Positions 1-10,676 are shown, counted from the first letter of the stretch. The stretch is DNA of 64,000 nucleotides from Lachnospiraceae bacterium (GCA_963666475.2 CAXXJM010000001.1:630019-694018), one strand, 5' to 3'. Notes: generated from the sequence alone by a model not told the origin. Translations and numbers: made by a program.

Positions 1-442
1 ACACAACGTTTTTAAAAGAAGCCTGGTCTACATCCATCCCCGTTACACACACCAATCTAGGTAAATTGTATTTATCACATAGTTCCCATGCTCTTTCTGT
101 ACCTGCTTCTATTCCTGATTTTCCAGAAACAACAATAATTGCTGCATCCGCAGCACTAACAGCTTCTTCAACTTCTCCAATAAAATCAAAATAACCTGGC
201 GTATCCAAAATATTTATTTTTACATCATTCCATTCCAACGAAATCAGTGAAGTTGAAATCGAGATCTTACGTCGAATTTCTTCTTGATTAAAATCACTTA
301 CTGTATTTCCATCTTCCACTTTACCCATTCGTGAAGTTAATCCAGCAAGATATGACATGGATTCGATCAAACTAGTTTTTCCAGCTCCACTGTGTCCAAG
401 TAAAACAACATTTCTAATCTTTTCAGTTGTGTAAACGTTCAT
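1..442 (-). CDS. Elongation factor G-like translational GTPase, N-terminal part (gene runs off the left window edge)
   Basis: Manual reverse translation from ATG (442-440) gives MNVYTTEKIRNVVLLGHSGAGKTSLIE...ILDTPGYFDF, with P-loop GHSGAGKT and G3 motif DTPG. A GGAGG RBS (revcomp of 451-455) lies 8 nt upstream. Confidence 0.8.
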   Translation of the reverse strand, partial: MNVYTTEKIRNVVLLGHSGAGKTSLIESMSYLAGLTSRMGKVEDGNTVSDFNQEEIRRKISISTSLISLEWNDVKINILDTPGYFDFIGEVEEAVSAADAAIIVVSGKSGIEAGTERAWELCDKYNLPRLVCVTGMDVDQASFKNVV

Positions 443-616
443 AATGTAATCCTCCAATATTTTTTTAGTAGTTCTCTTTTAACTATTTTACTAAAAATTT
501 TTTATATGTTCAAGCAAAATCATGCAATTCAAACAAATTTCATTTATTTTTTTATTTTTAAAAAATAAAAAAAAAATTGTCTGTAAATTTAACACAAATA
601 GGAAGAATATACGCTG

Positions 617-645
617 TTGACTTTCACGCTTTAAAGTGCTATATT
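617..645 (+). promoter_or_regulatory. Sigma-A type promoter for aroF-tyrA
   Basis: TTGACT (617-622), 17-nt spacer, TATATT (640-645), about 30 nt upstream of the aroF ATG. Confidence 0.55.
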
Positions 646-675
646 GTAACCATTCACAAAAAAGGAGGAAACATC

Positions 676-1689
676 ATGATTATTGTAATGAAACCAAACG
701 CTTCGAAAGATAATATCGAAGCTGTCATCAAATATATTACACAAAATGGACTACAAACTCATCTTTCAACTGGAAATCAAGTCACGATCATCGGCGTAAT
801 AGGTGACAAAAGTAAATTAGAGGATCAAAATTTACTATTATTTGAAGAGGTTGATAAACTCGTTCCTGTTACAGAGTCTTATAAACTCTCCAATCGCAAA
901 TTTCATCCGGAACCATCTTCAATCCAGCTTGACAACACCATCATTTCATCAAAAACTTTAACAATAATGGCAGGTCCATGTGCAATCGAAAGTTATGATT
1001 CACTAATGGAAACAGCTAAATTTTTAAAAACAAAAGGCGTAACGGTTCTTCGTGGAGGTGCATATAAACCTCGTACTTCTCCATACTCTTTCCAAGGGTT
1101 AGAGGAAGAAGGTTTAAAATATATGTTGGAAGCAAAAAAAGAAACTGGTTTATCGACCATTTGTGAAGTCATTGATATGGATTCCATTCATACAGCAGCA
1201 AAATATGTAGATATGCTACAAATCGGAGCAAGAAATATGCAAAACTTTCAACTTCTTAAAGAAATCGGAATGACTAACCTACCTGTGTTGCTGAAAAGAG
1301 GACTGAGTGCTACAATTGATGAGTGGTTAAACGCTGCCGAATATATTATTTCTGCAGGCAATCCAAATGTAATGCTTTGCGAACGTGGAATACGTACATA
1401 TGAAACTGCAACAAGAAACACACTAGATTTATCAGCAGTTCCAGTATTACGCGACAAAACACATTTGCCAATTATTGTCGATCCTTCCCACGCAACCGGA
1501 TCTTATAAATATGTTCCTTCCATGAGCTTGGCTGGAATAACTGCTGGTGCTGATGGATTAATGATTGAAGTTCACAACAATCCTACGCAAGCTTTATCCG
1601 ACGGTCCGCAATCACTTACCTACAAGAAATTTGGAGAATTGTGTGAAAAAATCGGACCACTTGCCCAATTAATGGGTAGAACATTCTAA
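676..1689 (+). CDS. aroF: 3-deoxy-7-phosphoheptulonate (DAHP) synthase, type I-beta, with N-terminal ferredoxin-like/ACT-type regulatory domain
   Basis: ORF track 577..1689. Start moved to ATG 676, which follows AAAGGAGG (661-668). Motifs seen: GPCAIES, LRGGAYKPRTSPYSFQG, DPSH. The first ~70 aa (MIIVMKPNASKDNIEAV...) form a small regulatory domain. Confidence 0.9.
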   Translation: MIIVMKPNASKDNIEAVIKYITQNGLQTHLSTGNQVTIIGVIGDKSKLEDQNLLLFEEVDKLVPVTESYKLSNRKFHPEPSSIQLDNTIISSKTLTIMAGPCAIESYDSLMETAKFLKTKGVTVLRGGAYKPRTSPYSFQGLEEEGLKYMLEAKKETGLSTICEVIDMDSIHTAAKYVDMLQIGARNMQNFQLLKEIGMTNLPVLLKRGLSATIDEWLNAAEYIISAGNPNVMLCERGIRTYETATRNTLDLSAVPVLRDKTHLPIIVDPSHATGSYKYVPSMSLAGITAGADGLMIEVHNNPTQALSDGPQSLTYKKFGELCEKIGPLAQLMGRTF

Positions 1690-1715
1690 TTTTCGAGAAA
1701 GGTCATATTATCAAC

Positions 1716-2801
1716 ATGAAGATTTCAATCATAGGTCTAGGCCTAATTGGTGGTTCACTTGCAAAAGCTCTTCGTCATATATATGGAGACGATATAACAA
1801 TCAACGCATATGATACTTGTCAGAAATCTCTTGATGATGCATATCATAATCACATCATCGATTTTGGGTTCCAACATTTCGCACAGGAATTATTTCCATG
1901 TGATTTTATGTTTCTTTGTTCATATGTTGATCAAAACATTTCCTTACTTGGTCAAATCAAAGAACAAATTAACGATTCCTGTATTTTAAGCGATGTTAGC
2001 AGTGTGAAATCAGAAATACACAGACATATTGAAATACACCAATTATCGAATTATTTTATCGGTGGGCATCCGATGACGGGTTCCGAAAAAAAAGGCTACA
2101 ACAACTCCTCTCGTGCTTTCTTTGAAAACACATACTACATAGTAACACCTTCCGCCAATAATCAGGAAACTCAAATCGATAAAATCACTAAACTCATTAC
2201 TGATATTGGCGCAATACCACTGATTATGAACGAAGATGATCACGATTTTTCAGTGGCTGGAATTTCGCATTTCCCACATGTTATTGCTTCTCTTTTGGTA
2301 AATACAATTCGAAAGGAAGATGAATTTAACAGAATGGCACAAATTGCGGCAGGTGGTTTTAAAGATATTACAAGAATAGCATCTTCTTCACCGGAAATGT
2401 GGAAAACGATATGTTTTGAGAACAAAGATAATCTGCTAACATTCATAGAGAAGTTCCGCAATCAGCTCCTTGAGATTGAACAAATATTATTAGAAAAAAA
2501 TGATGAATCGATGCGTTTAATGTTTCAAAACGCAAAAGATTACAGAGACTCACTGATTGACACTCGAATTACCAGTGAATCTTCTTATTTTATAATTCAC
2601 GTTGATATTCCTGATGTTCAAGGAATCTTAGCTTCTGTGGTTTCCTTGCTTGCAAGCCATAATGTTAGTATTAAAAATATAGGCATTATTCATAATCGTG
2701 AGTTTGAGGAAGGCGCATTACAAATTGAATTTTACACAAAGAAGGAGCAACTTCTTTCAATCAAAATATTAGAAGAAAATAATTATCGTATTTTCCAATA
2801 A
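1716..2801 (+). CDS. tyrA: Prephenate dehydrogenase with C-terminal ACT-like domain
   Basis: Rossmann motif IIGLGLIGGS, core motif GGHPMTGSE, and an ACT-like tail (HVDIPDVQGILASVVSLLA). Starts 26 nt after aroF. Confidence 0.85.
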   Translation: MKISIIGLGLIGGSLAKALRHIYGDDITINAYDTCQKSLDDAYHNHIIDFGFQHFAQELFPCDFMFLCSYVDQNISLLGQIKEQINDSCILSDVSSVKSEIHRHIEIHQLSNYFIGGHPMTGSEKKGYNNSSRAFFENTYYIVTPSANNQETQIDKITKLITDIGAIPLIMNEDDHDFSVAGISHFPHVIASLLVNTIRKEDEFNRMAQIAAGGFKDITRIASSSPEMWKTICFENKDNLLTFIEKFRNQLLEIEQILLEKNDESMRLMFQNAKDYRDSLIDTRITSESSYFIIHVDIPDVQGILASVVSLLASHNVSIKNIGIIHNREFEEGALQIEFYTKKEQLLSIKILEENNYRIFQ

Positions 2802-2824
2802 AAAAAGACCTAATGGTCTTTTTT
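2801..2824. terminator. Bidirectional rho-independent terminator between convergent tyrA and PilZ genes
   Basis: AAAAAGACC-TAAT-GGTCTTTTT hairpin with A/T runs on both sides. Confidence 0.7.
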
Positions 2825-2829
2825 TATTG

Positions 2830-3174
2830 TTATTGATTTTCTTCTTCATATTTGCGAACGGTTTCATAGATGCTGATTCGATTTGCATCGATTTCAGGCA
2901 TACCAACAAAAATTCCTCCATATAAAAAAGTATCTCCTATTTTTTCTATACGTACAAGTTCAACAAATGCATGAATTTTTTCTTGTGTCCATATTGTAAG
3001 AAAAGCTTCATATACTGCGCCAATCTGTAACGGTTCAACACATTTAAAACCAACGCCTGACTTCGAAACATCAGTAACTTCAATTTCAACCGTAGTATGA
3101 TCTCCACTATCTAGTCTTTTTATAATCAACTCAGAAGCAAGTTCTAATCGATTATATTTTCTTTTCTCTTCCAT
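2830..3174 (-). CDS. Stand-alone PilZ domain protein (putative c-di-GMP receptor)
   Basis: 114 aa. Carries the PilZ signatures RxxxR (RKYNR) and DxSxxG (DVSKSG). Confidence 0.75.
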   Translation of the reverse strand: MEEKRKYNRLELASELIIKRLDSGDHTTVEIEVTDVSKSGVGFKCVEPLQIGAVYEAFLTIWTQEKIHAFVELVRIEKIGDTFLYGGIFVGMPEIDANRISIYETVRKYEEENQ

Positions 3175-3213
3175 TTGTTGCTCCTCCTCATAATTGCATA
3201 ACTAATTTTATAA

Positions 3214-4254
3214 TTATTCAGAAACATTGTCAATGATAATCATTGCATCTCCAAAAGAAAAGAATCGATATTTTTGTCTAACCGCTTCTTCATAAGCGTT
3301 CATTACAAATTCTTTTGTTGCAAATGCACTTACCAACATTACCAACGTTGATTCTGGCAAATGGAAATTGGTAATTAACCCATCCATAATTTTAAATTGA
3401 TATCCAGGATAAATAAAAATATCTGTATCACCTCTACCGGCAATCAATTCACCCGAATGATTAACACAACTTTCTACCGTTCTGCAACTCGTCGTACCTA
3501 CGCAAATAACACGATTTCCATTCCTTTTCGTCTGATTTATCAATTCAGCCGTTTCCACAGAAACTTCAAACTCTTCTGTATGCATATGATGATTCGTTAC
3601 ATCATCAACTTTTACCGGTCGAAACGTTCCTAGCCCCACATGCAAAGTGACATAACAAACAATGACACCCATTGCTTTAATTTCTTCTAGTAGTTCCTTC
3701 GTAAAATGAAGTCCGGCAGTAGGTGCAGCTGCCGATCCCTGTTTCTCTGCATATACCGTTTGATAACGGCTTTGGTCATCCAGTTTATGTGTAATATATG
3801 GTGGAAGTGGCATTTCTCCTAATTGCTCAAGTAATTCCTCGAAAATTCCTTGATACGAAAATCGAATCATCCTATTTCCATCTTCAAGAACACCAACAAT
3901 TTCACCTGTCATAACACCGTTTCCAAAATCAAGAATCGTTCCAGGTTTTGCCTTTTTACCTGGCTTCACTAAAGTTTCCCAAGTAAACTCATCCAATCTT
4001 TTTAATAGCAAAATTTCAATGGTTGCTCCGGTTCCTTTCTTGACACCAAATAATCGTGCAGGTAGAACTTTCGTATTGTTCAGAACAAGACAATCCCCTT
4101 TTCTCAAAAATGAACAAATATCATGGAACTGTTTATGACAAACAGTTCCATTGTTTTTATCTAATGCAAGTAACCGACTATTCGTTCTCACTTCAAGCGG
4201 ATCCTGTGCAATTAATTCAGTTGGTAAATCATAATAAAAATCTGCAGTTTTCAA
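3214..4254 (-). CDS. queA: S-adenosylmethionine:tRNA ribosyltransferase-isomerase
   Basis: 346 aa. Typical QueA N-terminus [19 protein letters not shown] and TAGLHFT motif. Confidence 0.95.
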   Translation of the reverse strand: MKTADFYYDLPTELIAQDPLEVRTNSRLLALDKNNGTVCHKQFHDICSFLRKGDCLVLNNTKVLPARLFGVKKGTGATIEILLLKRLDEFTWETLVKPGKKAKPGTILDFGNGVMTGEIVGVLEDGNRMIRFSYQGIFEELLEQLGEMPLPPYITHKLDDQSRYQTVYAEKQGSAAAPTAGLHFTKELLEEIKAMGVIVCYVTLHVGLGTFRPVKVDDVTNHHMHTEEFEVSVETAELINQTKRNGNRVICVGTTSCRTVESCVNHSGELIAGRGDTDIFIYPGYQFKIMDGLITNFHLPESTLVMLVSAFATKEFVMNAYEEAVRQKYRFFSFGDAMIIIDNVSE

Positions 4255-4284
4255 AATATAACAACCATGCCTTTCTACATAACA

Positions 4285-5706
4285 CTATTGCATGTTTTTA
4301 AGAAATGAAACATATCCTCTTTTTGCTTCAAATACATCTGCTTTACTTGAAGCTTCCCAAGGTGCATGCATATTTAGAATTGGAACGCCACAATCTATGA
4401 CATTCATACCATAAAGAGCTAAAATATAAGCTATGGTACCACCACCGCCTTCATCAACTTTGCCAAGTTCAGACATTTGAAAATGCACTTCATCCTGTTC
4501 AAAAATATTTCTAATTTTTGCAATAAATTCTGGATTTGCGTCATTTGAGCCGCCTTTTCCTCCACGACCAGTGAATTTACACAATACAATTCCATTACCA
4601 AAGAACGCTGTGTTTTTCTTTTCAAAGCTAGCAGCAAACGCAGGGTCATATCCAGCAGTAACATCCGAAGAGAGCATGTTTGAATTTTTCAAGCATCTCT
4701 TCAAGACTAAGTCATTATAATTTCCTTGTAAATTCATTATTTCTGCAATCGTATTTTCAAAGAATTTAGACTGCATGCCGGTTGCACCTACGCTACCAAT
4801 TTCTTCTTTATCAACCAGAATACAACAAGTTGTAAGTTCAGGATCATTCACCTCAAACATAGCTATCAATGATGAATATGCACAAACTCGATCATCTTGT
4901 CCATATGATAAAATCATAGAACGATCAAATCCAGCTTCTCTCGCGCGTCCGGCAGGAACTACTTCTAGCTCTGCTGAAAGGAAATCTTCTTCATCCATAT
5001 CATAATTATCTTTTAAAATTTTAAGAATTTGCGCTTTTACAGGATCTTTTTTTGCATCCTTTTTCTCTTCAGCGTCATCTTCTTTATTTTCCTCAATTTT
5101 TAAAGGACGGTTACCTACAATAATATCTAACATTTCTCCTTCGATTACTTTCGAAGCTTTTTTGTCCATTTGATTGGCTGCAAGATGAATTAATAAATCC
5201 GAAACAAAGAATACTGGATCCCCTTCTTCCTCACCTATGTTGATTAATATTTGGGTACCATCTTTTTTAACTACTACTCCATGCAAAGCAAGAGGAATAG
5301 CTACCCACTGATATTTTTTGATACCACCATAGTAGTGTGTATCTAAATAAGCAAAGCCTGAGTCTTCATATAATGGATTACTTTTTACGTCCATTCTTGG
5401 CGAATCCACATGTGCTCCCAAAATATTCATTCCTTCTTCTAAAGGCTTTTTCCCGATTTGAAACAGGACAATAGATTTTCCCATACATACCGAATATATT
5501 TTGTCTCCAGTTGTAATGGTTTTCTTATCTTTGATTAATTGTTCTAGTTCTACATAACCTTCTTTTTCTGCACGCATTACAATGTCATCAACACATTCAC
5601 GCTCTGTTTTTCCAGCACTTAGGAAATCGATATAATCATTAGAGAAAATCTCTAACTCTTTTAATTGTTCTTCGGAATATAAATCCCATACATTCTTTGT
5701 TTCCAT
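4285..5706 (-). CDS. M18-family aminopeptidase
   Basis: Motifs GAHVDSPRMDV and DKEEIGSVGATG. Start moved to METKN (ATG 5706), which follows AAAGGAG; the longer ORF-track start lacks an RBS. Confidence 0.85.
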   Translation of the reverse strand: METKNVWDLYSEEQLKELEIFSNDYIDFLSAGKTERECVDDIVMRAEKEGYVELEQLIKDKKTITTGDKIYSVCMGKSIVLFQIGKKPLEEGMNILGAHVDSPRMDVKSNPLYEDSGFAYLDTHYYGGIKKYQWVAIPLALHGVVVKKDGTQILINIGEEEGDPVFFVSDLLIHLAANQMDKKASKVIEGEMLDIIVGNRPLKIEENKEDDAEEKKDAKKDPVKAQILKILKDNYDMDEEDFLSAELEVVPAGRAREAGFDRSMILSYGQDDRVCAYSSLIAMFEVNDPELTTCCILVDKEEIGSVGATGMQSKFFENTIAEIMNLQGNYNDLVLKRCLKNSNMLSSDVTAGYDPAFAASFEKKNTAFFGNGIVLCKFTGRGGKGGSNDANPEFIAKIRNIFEQDEVHFQMSELGKVDEGGGGTIAYILALYGMNVIDCGVPILNMHAPWEASSKADVFEAKRGYVSFLKNMQ

Positions 5707-5725
5707 AGTTAACTCCTTTTTTGGA

Positions 5726-8146
5726 TTATTTACGTAGTTCAATACCAAGTCCTTCTAATCCATTCAAAATCTTGTTCATTGTTTTTGTAATCTCGTTTTC
5801 CTCAAGTGTTTTTTCTTTGTTTCTAAAACTAATTGAATATGCCAGAGATTTATAACCTTCTTTGATCTGTGAACCTTCATAAATATCAAACAAATGATAT
5901 CCTTCTAAAATCTTACCACCTCTTTGACGAATAACCGCTTCAATATCGCCAGCTAGAATTTCTTTCGGTACTACCATACTCAAATCTCTAGTAACCGCAG
6001 GGAATTTAGCGATCCCTTCATAAAGTCGATCGAATGTAGCGTATGAATTGATGGTTTTCATATCAAGAACAGCCACATATACAGATGTTCCAATGTCGTA
6101 GTTTTTACATACCTTTGGATGAACCTCTCCAAGATATCCAATTACGCTTTCATTATAAATAATATCAGCCTGTCTGCCAGGATGCAAATAATTTTTCTTG
6201 TTTTTTGGATCATAAGAAGGAATATTCTTCATTCCAACAGCTTCTAAGAATTCTTCAATTACTCCTTTTAAAGTAAAGAAATCTCCTTCTCCATACATAC
6301 CGAGAGTCAGTTTCATACGTTCATCAGGCAGTTCAGTAAGTGGAAGTTTTTTTGGTAAATATACATTACCAAGTTCATACAAACGCACATCTTTATTTCT
6401 TCGATTGAAATTCGTCGATAGTGAAGTCAACATCCCATCTAAAGAGATGGTTCTCATAATTGAAAAATCTTCACCAAGTGGATTTGAAATTTCAACAGCA
6501 TCACGCAAAATATCATTTTGATCAAGTAATAGTTTATCAAATACTTTTCGACTTTCAAATGAATACGACATACCTTGAGAAAATCCACAGTACTCAGCAA
6601 TGTCTCTAGCTTTCTCTTCTACACGCAAATGAAATGGTAATTTTCCAGTTGTCGCTTCCCCTTTTGGCAATGTGCTCGGAATCTTATCATATCCAAAGAA
6701 TCTGGCAACTTCTTCTGCAATATCTGCAATCCCTTCCAGGTCTTGTCTAAAACTAGGAACTACAATCACATCCGAATCATTATCATATGCTAAATCTAAT
6801 CTGCTAAATATTTCCAACATTTCATCTTTTGAAATATCTGTTCCAAGAAGACCATTAATACGATCTACATCTAGCTTAATTTTTACATTTTCTTTTAAAG
6901 GTGCAAAAACATCAATGACTCCAGCTGCTACATGTCCGCAGCCCAGTTCTTCTACCAGCTGACAAGCACGATTGATTGCTAGCAGCGCATTGTTTGGATC
7001 AAGACCTTTTTCAAATTTTCCGGAAGCATCGGTTCTAAGTCCTAATCTTTTTGCAGATTTTCGAATATTTGCCCCATGAAAACATGCTGCTTCAAAAACA
7101 ACAGTATGTACATCGTCATTTATTTTTGAATTATCGCCACCCATGATACCTGCAATGCCGATTGCTTTTTGTGCATCGCAAATCATCAACATATCATGAT
7201 CAAGTTTTCTTTCTTGCTCATCAAGCGTAATAATGGTATCTCCATCCTTCGCTCTTTGTACAACGATTTTATTTCCAGCAATTTTTGTCAAATCAAAAGC
7301 ATGCATTGGCTGTCCAAATTCTTCCATGACATAGTTTGTAATATCAACCAAATTATTAATTGGACGAATTCCACTTGCTGCCAATCTTCTTTGCATCCAT
7401 TCTGGAGATGGTCCTATTTTAATATCCGTACAAACCCTTGCGCAATATCTTGAGCAAAGATCATCATCTTTTACTTCCACGGAAATGAAGTCTTCAACTT
7501 TTTGTGCTGTTTCTTTCACGATGATTTCCGGAAAATGAAAAGGTACTTTGAATGTTGCTGCGGCTTCTCTTGCAACACCAAGAACGCTATAGCAGTCCAC
7601 ACGATTAGATGTAATTTCATACTCAAATACGGTGTCATCGAGTCCTAAAACACTTATCGCAGACATACCAACTGGTGTAGTTTCCGGTAAAATATAAATC
7701 CCGTCCTCTGGTGCATCTGGATACATGTTGGAATCTGCCCCCAGTTCTTCAATCGAGCACATCATTCCATAAGACATGATTCCTCGAAGTTTTCCTGATT
7801 TGATATCGATTCCATTTGCAGGCAGTGGACTTCCGTCATGACCACCTGCAACCTTTCCACCATCACATACAACAGGTACTTTATCTCCCACCTTTACATT
7901 TGGTGCTCCTGTTACAATCTGGATAACCTCTGTACCAATATTTACCTGACAAACAATTAATTTATCAGCATCTGGATGTGGTTCAATTGAATTAATTTGC
8001 CCAACTACAATTTTTTCTAAATTTTTATCTAATCTTTCAAATGTTTCAACTTTTGTTCCAGACAAAGTCATCGCATCTGTGTATTCCTGATCCGTACAAG
8101 ATAAATCCGGAACATATGCTTTAATCCAAGATAATGCTGTATTCAT
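5726..8146 (-). CDS. pheT: Phenylalanine--tRNA ligase beta subunit
   Basis: 806 aa. N-terminal tRNA-binding domain, B3/4, B5 and C-terminal FDX-ACB region. Lies directly downstream of pheS. Confidence 0.95.
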   Translation of the reverse strand: MNTALSWIKAYVPDLSCTDQEYTDAMTLSGTKVETFERLDKNLEKIVVGQINSIEPHPDADKLIVCQVNIGTEVIQIVTGAPNVKVGDKVPVVCDGGKVAGGHDGSPLPANGIDIKSGKLRGIMSYGMMCSIEELGADSNMYPDAPEDGIYILPETTPVGMSAISVLGLDDTVFEYEITSNRVDCYSVLGVAREAAATFKVPFHFPEIIVKETAQKVEDFISVEVKDDDLCSRYCARVCTDIKIGPSPEWMQRRLAASGIRPINNLVDITNYVMEEFGQPMHAFDLTKIAGNKIVVQRAKDGDTIITLDEQERKLDHDMLMICDAQKAIGIAGIMGGDNSKINDDVHTVVFEAACFHGANIRKSAKRLGLRTDASGKFEKGLDPNNALLAINRACQLVEELGCGHVAAGVIDVFAPLKENVKIKLDVDRINGLLGTDISKDEMLEIFSRLDLAYDNDSDVIVVPSFRQDLEGIADIAEEVARFFGYDKIPSTLPKGEATTGKLPFHLRVEEKARDIAEYCGFSQGMSYSFESRKVFDKLLLDQNDILRDAVEISNPLGEDFSIMRTISLDGMLTSLSTNFNRRNKDVRLYELGNVYLPKKLPLTELPDERMKLTLGMYGEGDFFTLKGVIEEFLEAVGMKNIPSYDPKNKKNYLHPGRQADIIYNESVIGYLGEVHPKVCKNYDIGTSVYVAVLDMKTINSYATFDRLYEGIAKFPAVTRDLSMVVPKEILAGDIEAVIRQRGGKILEGYHLFDIYEGSQIKEGYKSLAYSISFRNKEKTLEENEITKTMNKILNGLEGLGIELRK

Positions 8147-8162
8147 GATTTTCCTCCATTAA

Positions 8163-9182
8163 TTAAAATTGTTTTAAGAATCGAATATCGTTTTCATAAA
8201 GTAGACGCATGTCGTCTATTTCATATTTCAAAAGTGCAATACGTTCTAATCCAATTCCAAAAGCAAATCCGGAATATACTTCAGGATCAATATTACTCAT
8301 TTTCAGAACATTTGGGTGAACCATTCCACACCCTAAAATTTCTATCCAGCCTGTACCTTTACAAAATCTACAACCTTCACCTTTACATTTAAAGCATGTC
8401 ACGTCGACCTCTGCACTAGGTTCCGTAAAATTGAAATGATGCGGTCTGAATTTCACTTTGGTTTCTTCTCCAAATAATTCTTTCGCAAATTCAGAAAGTG
8501 TACCTTTTAAGTCTGCAAAAGTAATGTTCTTATCGATAACTAACCCTTCAATTTGATGAAATGAAGGAGAATGAGTCGCATCTACTTCATCTGAACGGAA
8601 TACACGACCTGGAGCAATCATACGGATTGGGAGCTTTCCTTTTTCCATTTCATGAACTTGTACACCAGAAGTCTGCGTACGAAGTAAAAAGGTATCGTTG
8701 ATATAAAAAGTATCCTGTTCGTCTTTTGCAGGATGATCTGCAGGAATATTCAACGCTTCAAAATTATAGTAATCCGTCTCGATTTCTGGCCCTTCTACGA
8801 CTTCATAACCCATTCCAATAAAAATACGTTCAACTTCTTCCATCGCAATTGCATTTGGATGTCTATGACCCATCTTGCTTTTCTTTGCAGGCAAAGTAAC
8901 ATCAATTACTTCAGATTTTAACTTTGACTCTAATTTCATTTCTTCTAATTTTTCTGTTACTTCATTCAAAACCTTTTCGATTTCTTCGCGCGCTTCATTT
9001 ACCATCTGCCCTACTTTAGGACGCTCTTCTGCTGGAACATCTTTCATACCTTTTAGTAAAGCTGTTAATGTACCTTTTTTCCCTAATACATTCACTTTGA
9101 CATCCATCAATGTTTCAAGAGAAGCCGCTGATTGCATTCTTTCTAATGTCTGTTTTTTTAGTTCTTCTAACTGTTGTTTCAT
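8163..9182 (-). CDS. pheS: Phenylalanine--tRNA ligase alpha subunit
   Basis: 339 aa. Class II aaRS motifs (FRPHHFNFTEPSAEVD, GFAFGIGLERIA). Confidence 0.95.
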   Translation of the reverse strand: MKQQLEELKKQTLERMQSAASLETLMDVKVNVLGKKGTLTALLKGMKDVPAEERPKVGQMVNEAREEIEKVLNEVTEKLEEMKLESKLKSEVIDVTLPAKKSKMGHRHPNAIAMEEVERIFIGMGYEVVEGPEIETDYYNFEALNIPADHPAKDEQDTFYINDTFLLRTQTSGVQVHEMEKGKLPIRMIAPGRVFRSDEVDATHSPSFHQIEGLVIDKNITFADLKGTLSEFAKELFGEETKVKFRPHHFNFTEPSAEVDVTCFKCKGEGCRFCKGTGWIEILGCGMVHPNVLKMSNIDPEVYSGFAFGIGLERIALLKYEIDDMRLLYENDIRFLKQF

Positions 9183-9269
9183 TTGAAACCTCCTTTAATG
9201 ATTGCACTCATATCTTCCTATTTTCAAGGCGCAGGAATACTACTCTGCAAATTCCGTATAATCCTATAA

Positions 9270-9480
9270 ATAAAAAAAGCCCCCTGTTATTTACATAACA
9301 GAAGGGACGAATTATCTCCGCGGTACCACCCAAATTCCTAATCAAAGGCTCTCATACTTAACGCGTATCACGTCTTGTGAAAACAAGCTGCTCCCATGCG
9401 AACTTCGTCCTATATCTGAACTCGAAAAAACTTTCAGCCGGTGGTTTTTTCTCTCTGACAGAAGATATATTCCTACTTAA
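9270..9480 (-). promoter_or_regulatory. T-box leader (Phe) controlling pheST, with intrinsic terminator
   Basis: Read on the minus strand. AGAGAG box; candidate specifier TTC (revcomp of 9400-9402) within GGACGAAGTTCGCATGGG; canonical T-box AATTTGGGTGGTACCGCG (revcomp of 9319-9336). Terminator CCCTTCTGTTAT-GTAA-ATAACAGGGGG followed by a T7 run (9272-9307). Confidence 0.9.
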
Positions 9481-9511
9481 ACATGCTCAATGCATTTTGA
9501 TATCTTAATAT

Positions 9512-9540
9512 ATTCTATTTATTTTCATCATAAAAGTCAA
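9512..9540 (-). promoter_or_regulatory. Promoter of the pheST T-box leader
   Basis: On the minus strand: TTGACT (9540-9535), 17 nt, TAGAAT (9517-9512). The -35 overlaps the yihY stop codon. Confidence 0.55.
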
Positions 9541-10478
9541 GACTTTTTTAAAGAACGTATTTCTCTTTTCAATTTTCTTCGTTCTTCGTGAAGTCTTTGT
9601 TTTTCTTCATATTTCTTAGAACTTGAAGGCAAAAGGTAATGATTTAGTTCTGCTCCATAAAATAAAAATTGCATACTAAAATACAACCAAAGCAACACAA
9701 CCACCAAGGTAGTCAAGCTACCATACATACTAAATGCACCTGTAGTTTCAATGTATTTTGAAAACAAAAAAGAAAAAACAGACCATATGGTTGCTGTAAA
9801 TAAAGCTCCTGGTAATTGGTATCTTAATTTCATCTTTACGCTTGGAACTTTTGCGTATAACACAACAAACAAAAATATAAGTAAAAACCATACTACCAAA
9901 AATCTTAAAGCTGAGAACAAAGACATGATTTGAAAATATTTTGACAATTCACTGATTAGAAGATCAAATATCAATCCACCAAAAACCATTACAAACATAA
10001 GCAAGACAATCATAATAATTAATAGTAGCGTATAAAGAGACGCCCATAAACGTAAAATAAAATAGCTCTTTGTATTTTTTGTTCCTTCGATTGCATTCAG
10101 TCCAGTCATAATTGCAAGAATCCCTTTTGCTGCCGACCATATTACTGCAACGACTGCAACGGACATATAAGAAGCAGATTTCTCATATACCTCACGAATC
10201 AAACCACCTAAAAAGTCTTCGATTGTTTCTGGTATAATTCCCTTCAACAAACTTATTAAAGCATCTTCTTCCAAAGGAGTATATGTTATGATTCCACAAA
10301 TCAATATTGCAATTGGAATCAAAGACAGAAACACAAAAAAGGCTGCACTCGCAGCATTTGTAGGAATATTGTGTTGATTGATTTGTGACAGACTTTTAAA
10401 GATGCTCTGTTTCTGATTCATCGTGTCATCTTTTACTTCCATATAATCAATCGTCTGATCTTTATTTTCATCCATCAT
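9537..10478 (-). CDS. YihY/BrkB-family integral membrane protein
   Basis: 313 aa with about 6 TM segments. YihY-like N-terminus (NAASAAFFVFLSLIPIAIL) and basic C-terminal tail. Confidence 0.75.
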   Translation of the reverse strand: MMDENKDQTIDYMEVKDDTMNQKQSIFKSLSQINQHNIPTNAASAAFFVFLSLIPIAILICGIITYTPLEEDALISLLKGIIPETIEDFLGGLIREVYEKSASYMSVAVVAVIWSAAKGILAIMTGLNAIEGTKNTKSYFILRLWASLYTLLLIIMIVLLMFVMVFGGLIFDLLISELSKYFQIMSLFSALRFLVVWFLLIFLFVVLYAKVPSVKMKLRYQLPGALFTATIWSVFSFLFSKYIETTGAFSMYGSLTTLVVVLLWLYFSMQFLFYGAELNHYLLPSSSKKYEEKQRLHEERRKLKREIRSLKKS

Positions 10479-10499
10479 TAATCTCTTTTCTATAAAAAC

Positions 10500-10670
10500 A
10501 TGCCGAAATGTAGCCTTGTATTTTGACTCCTAGCGAACTGCTAGGTGGGCAACCGCAATTATATATCTGTCTTCCACTGACTTACGAGGCCTGACATCAA
10601 CATAACGATATAGGAATCCCGTTCAAAGTAAATGTAGGTTCAAAATAACAAGAAATCGTACATTTCAGGC
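10500..10670 (-). ncRNA. ssrS: Candidate 6S RNA (SsrS-like), about 170 nt
   Basis: No ORF in a 290-nt gap. A dedicated promoter lies upstream. The 5' end (GCCUGAAAUGUA...UUAUUUUGA) pairs with the 3' end (UCAAAAUACAAGGCUACAUUUCGGC) to form a long closing helix around an internal bubble. The bubble has a hairpin on its 3' side (CCUAGC-AGUUC-GCUAGG). The UUUUGAACC element resembles B. subtilis 6S-1 as I recall it. Confidence 0.55.
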
Positions 10671-10676
10671 AACTAT

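Noticed and set aside
544-578. Extremely AT-rich palindromic tract (TATTTTTAAAAAATA followed by A10) between the divergent EF-G-like and aroF genes.
   Set aside because: It is probably just curved UP-element-like DNA in a divergent promoter region. There is no evidence for phase variation or a replication origin: no DnaA boxes were seen.
644-659. TTGTAACCATTCACAA near the aroF promoter, considered as a Rex box.
   Set aside because: The half-site spacing is 2 nt instead of 4 and the left half-site is poor. It overlaps the -10/+1 region by chance.
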